Made by a program: the position numbers and the translations under genes
In this document: piece after piece, positions 56,621 through 64,000 of the stretch
Layout of the letters: each line of letters begins with the position of its first letter
How positions within the stretch are numbered: position 1 is the first letter of the stretch
Assembly (NCBI GenBank): GCA_051252375.1
Contig: JBPOFY010000007.1
Location: 1-64,000, forward strand
Direction: 5' to 3'
Length of the DNA: 64,000 nt
DNA from: Opitutaceae bacterium
GTDB taxonomy: Bacteria > Verrucomicrobiota > Verrucomicrobiia > Opitutales > Coraliomargaritaceae
Notes under the pieces: generated by a model
Databases searched by the model: none
What the model saw: only the letters and a program-made list of their open reading frames with translations
Told to the model about the DNA's origin: nothing

Positions 56621-59587
56621 ATGATGAAAAACCTCCGTATGATGACACAAAAAAAGACGTTTAAGCAGCCACGAAAGGCATTTATTGGAGTCGCTGCACT
56701 TTGCAGCATGGTTCTTGGTTCAAGTGCTCACGCACTGGATATTTACGTAAGTCCCGATGGTTCGGACTCGAATAGTGGCCGTGCTGGTCAGCCCTTGGCT
56801 TCGCTCGCTGGAGCGCAAGACAAGGCCCGCTCGGTTGCGGGAAAGGAAGCGGTCACCGTGCATGTAGCCGATGGAATTTATTACTTGCCGGAAACATTAG
56901 TTTTTACGCCGAAAGACTCCGGCTCTGCAAAACACCCAGTCATCTACAAGGCGCAGACAGAAGGTGGCGCGGTGCTCAGTGGTGGCTCTGAGCTCAACTT
57001 GTCTTGGCAGTCATACAAGGACGGAATCTACAAAGCACAAACACCAGACGGTCTAAAAATCGACCAGCTCTTTATCAACGGGCGCAAACAACGGATGGCG
57101 CGTTATCCTAACTTCGATCCAGAAAAGAAGGCTGAGCCTTATCAAGGATATGCGGCAGATGCGGTTTCCAAAGAACGCGCTGATCTTTGGTCGGACCCTG
57201 CTGGAGGTTACATTCACGCAATGCACCGTTCGCGTTGGGGTGGCTATCACTACCTCATCACAGGCAAAGAGACTTCGGGCGAATTAGCTTTTGAGGGTGG
57301 TTGGCAGAATAACCGTAAGACTTCGATGCATGCGGAGTATCGTATGGTGGAAAATATCTTCGAAGAACTGGATGTTGAGCATGAGTGGTATCACAACGCC
57401 AAGACGAATACGCTGTATTACAAGCCAGCTGCTGGGACTGACATCAAATCGGCGAAGGTAGAAGTGGTGCGCTTGCGTCACCTGGTTGAGTTTCATGGTT
57501 CTGAGTCGAACCCCGTAAAGCATATCACACTGCAAGGTTTTGTCGTGCGCCATGCGGCGCGCACGTTCATGGACGTTAAAGAGCCACTCTTGCGCTCTGA
57601 TTGGGCGATCTATCGGGGTGGTGCTTACTTACTGACAGGAACTGAAAATATTCAAATTCTGGATACGGAGTTTGATCAGGTCGGTGGCAATGCTGTCTTC
57701 GTAAATAACTACAATCGTAATGTCCTGGTCAAAGGCTGCCACATTCACGATGCGGGTGCTAGCGGTGTCTGTTTCGTTGGCGATCCTGATGCCGTCCGCG
57801 ATCCGCTGTTTGAGTATGGCGAGAAGAATGATCTATCGAAGATCGACCGCACTGTCGGTCCGAAGACGAATAATTATCCAGCGGACTCCGCTGTGGAAGA
57901 TTGCTTGATTCACGGTATTGGACGCGTGGAGCGCCAACCCGCCGGCGTGCAGATTTCTATGGCGCAGGGAATTTCGGTGCGTGATTGCTCGATCTACGAT
58001 ACGGCACGTGCTGGCATTAATATCAGCGAGGGCACTTGGGGCGGTCACTTGATTGAGCGCTGTGATGTGTTCGATACAGTTCTAGAAACGCACGATCATG
58101 GTTCCTTTAACTCATGGGGCCGCGATCGCTTCTGGCGCTCAGACCAACAGACTTCGCAAGCAGCAATCGATAAGGAGCCAACGCTTCCGTTCCTAGACGC
58201 GATGAAGACGACGATCATTCGCGATAGTCGCTGGCGCTGCGATCATGGTTGGGACATTGACCTCGATGACGGTTCGACCAACTACGACATCTACAATAAT
58301 CTGCTTCTGAATAATGGCTTGAAGTTGCGCGAAGGTTTCCGTCGTCATGCATGGAATAATATCACGGTGAACAACGGGCTGCATCCCCACGTCTGGTATA
58401 ATGGCAGCAAAGATCAGGTGTATGGTAATATCTTCATGCAGTCACACCGAGCCGCTCGAATGAGCACTCCCTACACGGATGGCACACGTGTGGACGAAAA
58501 TTTGTATGCTGCGAGTCCAGACTCCATCATGAAAACTTCCAACAAACTGGGTTGGGACAAGAACTCCATCTTTGGAGATCCAATGTTTGTCGATCCGGCC
58601 AATGGAGACTACCGTGTAAAAGAGGGATCACCTGCACATGAAGTCGGTTTTAAGAATTTCCCGATGGATCAGTTTGGTGTGAAGAAGCCATCGCTCAAAG
58701 CGATTGCTCGCACACCGGAACTTCCCGTATTAAAGGTCGCGGGGAAGAGTGCTCCGAGCGGCAAGCCTGTTAAAGTGGAACCGCTTCGTATGGCTTGGTT
58801 GGGCGCTACTTTGAGTGAACTCTCTGGTGTGGAGTTTTCCGCTTTTGGAGTGAGCCAAGAAGAGGGCGGCTTAGCTTTAAGTAACCTGCAGTCGGACTCA
58901 GTGATGGCCGCAGCGGGTCTTCAAGACGGCGATTTAATTCAGGGCATCAACGGTCAGCAAGTCCGCAACAGTAACGATCTTTTTCACTATCTCGCCTCGA
59001 ATGTAGAAGCATCCTATACACTCACAGTTGTTCGCAATCAGCAGAAGGTTGACGTGCGCATTGCGCCAGACCGCGATGTGGTTGCTGAAACTACTCATGG
59101 TGCTAGAGAGTTTGAGGACTTGCCACTGCCAGCTAAAGCGTCTGGCACCCTGACAGCCAATCTGAAGACTAGTAACGATCCATTGACGACTTTGACGGAT
59201 GGACGCGTTGCGAAAAGCTTCGGTGCGATCTTTGGAAATACCGTTTACAATGGTATGTATAAGATGGACTTAGGCGCAGTGAAACCCGTTCAAGCTGTCA
59301 CTAGCTGGGCCTATAACATGGCTGGGGTGCGAGGGAAGCAGAAGCTGACTATTTACGGTAGTAATGCGTCGAATGATCCGGGCTGGAACCTTGAGAAGTA
59401 TGCCGCACTTGGATCGATCGATACCACTGCGCTTAGTATAAAAGATTATACAGCGGCTTCTTTGCGTGCACGCTCGGGCAAGAGTCTCGGTAACTATCGT
59501 TGGATTGTTTGGGCGGTGGCTCCGGTCAGTGCAGCTGGCGGTGGTGAGAATACCGCAATGCAAGAGCTAGCCGTTGAAACCAAATAG
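56621..59587 (+). CDS. GH141-like right-handed beta-helix glycoside hydrolase with PDZ domain and C-terminal discoidin-like domain
   Basis: IYVSPDGSDSNSG, DQLFING...ARYPN, ETHDHGSFNSWGRDR, GWDIDLDDGS. PDZ-like AAAGLQDGDLIQGING. Exact start uncertain (56621-56642). Confidence 0.75.
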   Translation: MMKNLRMMTQKKTFKQPRKAFIGVAALCSMVLGSSAHALDIYVSPDGSDSNSGRAGQPLASLAGAQDKARSVAGKEAVTVHVADGIYYLPETLVFTPKDSGSAKHPVIYKAQTEGGAVLSGGSELNLSWQSYKDGIYKAQTPDGLKIDQLFINGRKQRMARYPNFDPEKKAEPYQGYAADAVSKERADLWSDPAGGYIHAMHRSRWGGYHYLITGKETSGELAFEGGWQNNRKTSMHAEYRMVENIFEELDVEHEWYHNAKTNTLYYKPAAGTDIKSAKVEVVRLRHLVEFHGSESNPVKHITLQGFVVRHAARTFMDVKEPLLRSDWAIYRGGAYLLTGTENIQILDTEFDQVGGNAVFVNNYNRNVLVKGCHIHDAGASGVCFVGDPDAVRDPLFEYGEKNDLSKIDRTVGPKTNNYPADSAVEDCLIHGIGRVERQPAGVQISMAQGISVRDCSIYDTARAGINISEGTWGGHLIERCDVFDTVLETHDHGSFNSWGRDRFWRSDQQTSQAAIDKEPTLPFLDAMKTTIIRDSRWRCDHGWDIDLDDGSTNYDIYNNLLLNNGLKLREGFRRHAWNNITVNNGLHPHVWYNGSKDQVYGNIFMQSHRAARMSTPYTDGTRVDENLYAASPDSIMKTSNKLGWDKNSIFGDPMFVDPANGDYRVKEGSPAHEVGFKNFPMDQFGVKKPSLKAIARTPELPVLKVAGKSAPSGKPVKVEPLRMAWLGATLSELSGVEFSAFGVSQEEGGLALSNLQSDSVMAAAGLQDGDLIQGINGQQVRNSNDLFHYLASNVEASYTLTVVRNQQKVDVRIAPDRDVVAETTHGAREFEDLPLPAKASGTLTANLKTSNDPLTTLTDGRVAKSFGAIFGNTVYNGMYKMDLGAVKPVQAVTSWAYNMAGVRGKQKLTIYGSNASNDPGWNLEKYAALGSIDTTALSIKDYTAASLRARSGKSLGNYRWIVWAVAPVSAAGGGENTAMQELAVETK

Positions 59588-59608
59588 TCGGATACAGGCA
59601 GCAAAACT

Positions 59609-61774
59609 ATGAGAGCTTTTAGAATCGTATTATTTTTGTTGTTTGCAGCCCTAAGTCAGGTTGCTCATGCAGCGGACAGACCACCTGTGGTGAGCTCGTC
59701 GAAACCAAACATCGTCTTCCTGATGACGGATGATCAGCGTTGGGATAATTTCGGATGCTATGGCAGGCCCGAGTTTCGCACGGATAACATTGATCGTTTG
59801 GCGCAAGAGGGCGTGATCTTCGATAAGGCCTACCACACGGTCGCGATCTGTATGCCCAGTCGCGCGACTATTTTTTCCGGACGCTACTTATCGAATCACA
59901 GAGTCGGGTTTACCTATCCTTACAATCTGACCTTTCCGAAATCGGATTTTGAAGAAACCTATCCGGCATTGTTAAAGCGTGCTGGTTACCGCACCGGCTT
60001 TGTCGGTAAGTTTGGGGTGCCTGTAACGGATGAGGCTTTTCATGTAATCGATAAGGTGACTGGTGTTGATCTTCAAGAGACGCTGGGATCGTATTTCGAT
60101 TATTTTGCCGGTGCGGGCAAGCACTTCGATGGGAAATTTGCCATGTGGCCACAAGATGAGGCACTTGCAAAAATCCATGACAGAAAGCGTCCCCGGAATG
60201 AGCGAACACTTGTAACCGGAGACGCGATGATCCATTTCCTCGAAACTCAGCCAAAGGATCAACCATTTTGCCTTTCAGTGAGTTTCTGGGCGGTCAAGAA
60301 CGACAGTGACCAAGACATGTATCCGCCACACCGAGCGGAGTTCGCCGACTATGACTTTAGTGTGCCTGTAAATTGGTCGGAGGGTAAAGATATGAAGCTG
60401 CCGCCCGTGCTAGATAATTGGCGCGGGGTGGGGTTGCACAAACAGCGAACCTCCACGCCCGAACTCTACCAGAGATTGGTGCGTAGATTTGCGACGCAAG
60501 GCTATACTGTAGATCTGCAGGTAGGGCGCTTGATCCAAAAACTCGAAGAGATGGGCGAACTCGATAATACTGTGATCGTTTACACCTCGGACAACGGGCG
60601 CTTCCACGGTTCACATGGTCTCTATGATAAGGCGATTCACTACGATGAGTCGATGAAAGCGCCGTTGGTCATTTTCGATGGACGCTTAGCCAAGGAAAAG
60701 ACCGGACGTCGGGAGACTGCACTTATCTCGATGGTGGACATGGCACCGACGATACTATCCTTGGCGGGCGTTGAGGTGCCAGAGCGGATGCAAGGGCGTG
60801 ACATTTCCGCGGTCTTAAACCAGACGCAGAATATGGAGCAGTGGCGGGAGACTGTTTATAACGAAAGCCTATTTCTCTCTGCACTTCATGGTGCGCGGAA
60901 GAATCCGAAGATTGCGGAAGTGAACAGCCGACTGATCGAGGAGAATAAATCCTATCGATCTCGCGGAGTGACCAATGGACGCTATAAATATTTCATCTAC
61001 AATGAGCACGATCCTGTGATCGAAGAATTGTATGACTTAGAGAAGGACCCCTCTGAAATGAATAATCTGGCAGGCAGTCCTGAGTTCGCAGAGGTATTGG
61101 AGAAACTCAGGAACCAAACTGAAGCGCTCCATGAAGAGATCATCCTGGATCGTTCGGAACCAACCACTGTGATGAAAGCACCTGCTCCGGCGAAGCAAGC
61201 AGTGAAACAACCGACGGTTAGCAAGAAGCATCCTGCAGTGAAACCATTCGTCATGCCGGGGGCATCCGTGCAGGTCGAAACCGCTTCCAGTGCGGACGGG
61301 TTTAAGCAGCTTGTGCTTGGTGCGAAGACACGTGGTCAAGTCACTGCAAATCAAAAAACCAACAACGACCCACTAAAGTCACTGAGTGACGGAATGCTCG
61401 CCGAGACGATCGGTCCGGTATTTGGAAATGGCATTCATAATGGGGCTTACAAGTTGGACCTGGGCGCGATAAAGCCTGTGTCGTCGATCACTACTTGGTC
61501 TCATCATTTTAAGGGAGTGCGTGGCGCTCAGAAGCTGACCCTTTATGGCAGTGATTCGAAAACTGATCCCGGTTGGGATTTAGGCGCTTACAAGCCACTC
61601 GGAACGATTGATGCCGCTGCTACCAAGGACAAATTCATCGCAACTTCACTGCAAGCGATCAACGGTAAGGCTCTAGGCAATTTCCGCTGGATCGTCTGGG
61701 CGGCTTCGCCAGTTAGCAATGCCGGCGGCGGCGAGAATACCGCGTTTCAAGAGTTTGCAGTCGAAACCAAATAG
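59609..61774 (+). CDS. Family S1 sulfatase with C-terminal discoidin-like domain
   Basis: PNIVFLMTDDQR, CMPSR, SDNG, EELYDLEKDPSE. Confidence 0.93.
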   Translation: MRAFRIVLFLLFAALSQVAHAADRPPVVSSSKPNIVFLMTDDQRWDNFGCYGRPEFRTDNIDRLAQEGVIFDKAYHTVAICMPSRATIFSGRYLSNHRVGFTYPYNLTFPKSDFEETYPALLKRAGYRTGFVGKFGVPVTDEAFHVIDKVTGVDLQETLGSYFDYFAGAGKHFDGKFAMWPQDEALAKIHDRKRPRNERTLVTGDAMIHFLETQPKDQPFCLSVSFWAVKNDSDQDMYPPHRAEFADYDFSVPVNWSEGKDMKLPPVLDNWRGVGLHKQRTSTPELYQRLVRRFATQGYTVDLQVGRLIQKLEEMGELDNTVIVYTSDNGRFHGSHGLYDKAIHYDESMKAPLVIFDGRLAKEKTGRRETALISMVDMAPTILSLAGVEVPERMQGRDISAVLNQTQNMEQWRETVYNESLFLSALHGARKNPKIAEVNSRLIEENKSYRSRGVTNGRYKYFIYNEHDPVIEELYDLEKDPSEMNNLAGSPEFAEVLEKLRNQTEALHEEIILDRSEPTTVMKAPAPAKQAVKQPTVSKKHPAVKPFVMPGASVQVETASSADGFKQLVLGAKTRGQVTANQKTNNDPLKSLSDGMLAETIGPVFGNGIHNGAYKLDLGAIKPVSSITTWSHHFKGVRGAQKLTLYGSDSKTDPGWDLGAYKPLGTIDAAATKDKFIATSLQAINGKALGNFRWIVWAASPVSNAGGGENTAFQEFAVETK

Positions 61775-61836
61775 TATTAAACAGAGTGATCGAGACGAGC
61801 GATGGTTCGCCGAAAGATCCATACACCGACATACCT

Positions 61837-62697
61837 ATGACGAAACGACTAATTGCCCTTTGGGCTATCGCGATACTGTTACCGCTTATCGTTAACGCCT
61901 CAGAGGGCATTAACGTCTTCCCAGGCGAGAAAACCGATTTCCATGGATTTGATCGCTATAAATTTGAGACCAACGGAGTGCCGGTATCGGTGATCTGTCC
62001 GAAAGTAGCTGCCCCAGGAAAGCCTTGGCTCTGGCGCAGTCTGTTTTGGGATGCGATCAAGCAGTTCAATCAGACCGACCTCAAACTAGTGGAGGAGGGC
62101 TATCATGTGGTGCTCGTTCATGGCGATGTCTCCGGGCATCCCCGCGGCAACAAGAATATAGATGCAGCGTATACGCTGCTGACAGAGGAATACGGCTTTG
62201 CAAAAACCTGTTCCATGGCATCCATGAGTCGGGGCACACTTCAGCTCTTTCGTTGGGCTTCGGAGAATTCAGAAAAAGTGAATGGCATCTATGTGGATAA
62301 CGGGGTCTGTAACGTTTTGAGCTGGCCAGCCGGTAAACTGGTTCCCGGCAATGACTCTATCGGGAGCGGCAATGCGAAATCTTGGGCTCTCTTTAAGAAA
62401 AGTTTTGGCTACACTTCCGATGCTGAGGCACTCAAGACTAAGGAAAGTCCCATTGATTTATTGGAGCCATTGGCGAAAGCTGACGTTCCGATTCTGATGG
62501 TTTGCGGAAGCAAGGACGAAGCGGTCCCTTATGAAGAGAACGACGCTATTATGGAAAAGCGCTATCAGGCGCTCGGTGGTGATATAACGGTGATCGTCGA
62601 AGACAAGGGACACACGCATGGGATGAAAGACCCGACGCCGGTGCTTGAGTTTATTCGGGAAAATACGGGGGCGGGCCTTCCAGCAGGCCAGAAATAA
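61837..62697 (+). CDS. Secreted alpha/beta hydrolase (putative carbohydrate esterase)
   Basis: Signal peptide from ATG 61837. SMSRG nucleophile elbow, GSKDEAVP, GHTHG. Confidence 0.75.
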   Translation: MTKRLIALWAIAILLPLIVNASEGINVFPGEKTDFHGFDRYKFETNGVPVSVICPKVAAPGKPWLWRSLFWDAIKQFNQTDLKLVEEGYHVVLVHGDVSGHPRGNKNIDAAYTLLTEEYGFAKTCSMASMSRGTLQLFRWASENSEKVNGIYVDNGVCNVLSWPAGKLVPGNDSIGSGNAKSWALFKKSFGYTSDAEALKTKESPIDLLEPLAKADVPILMVCGSKDEAVPYEENDAIMEKRYQALGGDITVIVEDKGHTHGMKDPTPVLEFIRENTGAGLPAGQK

Positions 62698-62779
62698 CCA
62701 GTAATGCATTATTAAAGCAATTACGGGATACTATTGGATCAAAATCATCGATATAATACCAAGTCTAATGATACGCCCC

Positions 62780-64000
62780 ATGTCTAAGTTTCTCCCCATA
62801 TCTCTATTTTCTTTGCTAATAGCTTCATCCGTGGTCGCAGAGGTGACATTACCCGCCATCATCAATAGTCAGATGGTGCTACAGCATGGAGTTAAAGCTC
62901 CGATATGGGGTTGGGCTGATGCTGGAGAACAAGTCCGCGTATCCTTTGCCGGACAGACGAAACAGGTCACGGCGACCTCCGATGGCAAATGGATGGTGCG
63001 TCTGGATCCGCTCAAGGTGTCGACCAAGTCACAGGTCATGACGATCAAGGGCAGTAACACCATCACACTCGACGATGTCCTTGTGGGTGAAGTATGGATT
63101 GCCTCCGGTCAGTCCAATATGGAGTTCAGTATTGGCGCAATTGCGAAGGAGGAGCAGGCGATTATTTCTGCCCAAATCGACAACAAGCTGCTGCGCATGT
63201 TCTGCGTTGCTCCTAAAATAAAGAGCTCACTACCACTGCGGGATACTGCAGGATACTGGAGTGACGGTTCCTATTTCATCAAACAGATGCAAGCGGGAAA
63301 GATTCGCACCTATGACAGTCACTCTGCGGTTGGATACTTTTTTGGACTGAAGCTGCAGCAATCGCTTCAAGTTCCGGTGGGAGTGATCGATACATCTTGG
63401 GGCGGAACCCAGATTGAACCTTGGATCGCAGATGAAGGTTATGAAATGGAGGGCATTGCCTATCGTAAAGTAAAGGTCAGCCAAGAAGCCGAAGCCATCG
63501 TCGCCCGCGACCAACTGGCGCAGGACATTTCCCGCTGGAGAGAGGCGGCACAGACGGCTGTAGAGGACGACCAAATGGTTTCTGCAAACATGGAAGTGCC
63601 AAAGTCTTCTGTGACGAACGCCATCTACAATGGAATGGTGGCACCACTGGTTCCCTTTGCCGTGAAAGGTGCCGTCTGGTATCAAGGCGAGGGCAATGTA
63701 AAGAGTAAGGACTATTTTCAGAAGTTGAAGGCACTGACGGGCGGGTGGTCTAAAGTTTTCAATGTCCCTGACATGCCTTTCTATCTGGTTCAGGTAGCGC
63801 CTTATAACTATGGGCACAAAAATCCTAAACAATTAGGTCCGCAAGCGATCTACGATTCAGTGGTGTCTGCTCAATATAAAGCGGCAAAGGAGATTAAGAA
63901 CTGCGATGTTATTAATATCCCTGACACGGTATTTGGTGATGTGAAGAACGTGCATCCCACCCATAAAAAGACAGCTGGAGATCGACTAGCAGCTATGGCA
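62780..64000 (+). CDS. Sialate O-acetylesterase-like SGNH carbohydrate esterase (3' truncated; absent from the ORF track)
   Basis: Manual translation gives MSKFLPISLFSLLIASSVVAEVTLPAIINSQMVLQ...GEVWIASGQSNMEF...WGGT...WYQGEGN...VHPTHK. Frame is open to the window end. Confidence 0.9.
   Translation, partial: MSKFLPISLFSLLIASSVVAEVTLPAIINSQMVLQHGVKAPIWGWADAGEQVRVSFAGQTKQVTATSDGKWMVRLDPLKVSTKSQVMTIKGSNTITLDDVLVGEVWIASGQSNMEFSIGAIAKEEQAIISAQIDNKLLRMFCVAPKIKSSLPLRDTAGYWSDGSYFIKQMQAGKIRTYDSHSAVGYFFGLKLQQSLQVPVGVIDTSWGGTQIEPWIADEGYEMEGIAYRKVKVSQEAEAIVARDQLAQDISRWREAAQTAVEDDQMVSANMEVPKSSVTNAIYNGMVAPLVPFAVKGAVWYQGEGNVKSKDYFQKLKALTGGWSKVFNVPDMPFYLVQVAPYNYGHKNPKQLGPQAIYDSVVSAQYKAAKEIKNCDVINIPDTVFGDVKNVHPTHKKTAGDRLAAMA

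Noticed and set aside
63230..63832. 200-aa minus-strand ORF
   Set aside because: It is antisense to the clear SGNH acetylesterase starting at 62780.

Overview
A dense bacterial polysaccharide-utilisation region. It is most likely from a marine Verrucomicrobiota member (Puniceicoccaceae/Coraliomargarita-Lentimonas-like); this is inferred from PEP-CTERM tails, the gene content and the absence of SusC/D. The enzymes point to sulfated, acetylated, fucose-rich glycans such as fucoidan: one canonical and two divergent GH95-like enzymes, a GH29-like enzyme, a GH141-like beta-helix protein, GH28, DUF2961/GH172, three formylglycine sulfatases, two esterases and a TRAP transporter. The main structure is a cassette present twice (about 11.4-27.2 kb and 41.9-56.3 kb). 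Each copy has a NarL-type regulator and a discoidin-domain sensor kinase on the minus strand. Divergent from these are secreted surface proteins, a giant PilX/GspK-like pseudopilin with a coupled 230-aa partner, and then CAZymes. Each copy has its own palindromic box at a fixed distance upstream of TAnnnT -10 elements, and a third box family precedes other genes. An unnamed domain of about 220-240 aa occurs four times in cassette 1. No rRNA, tRNA, CRISPR array or mobile element was seen. All family assignments come from motif reading by eye, with no database search.
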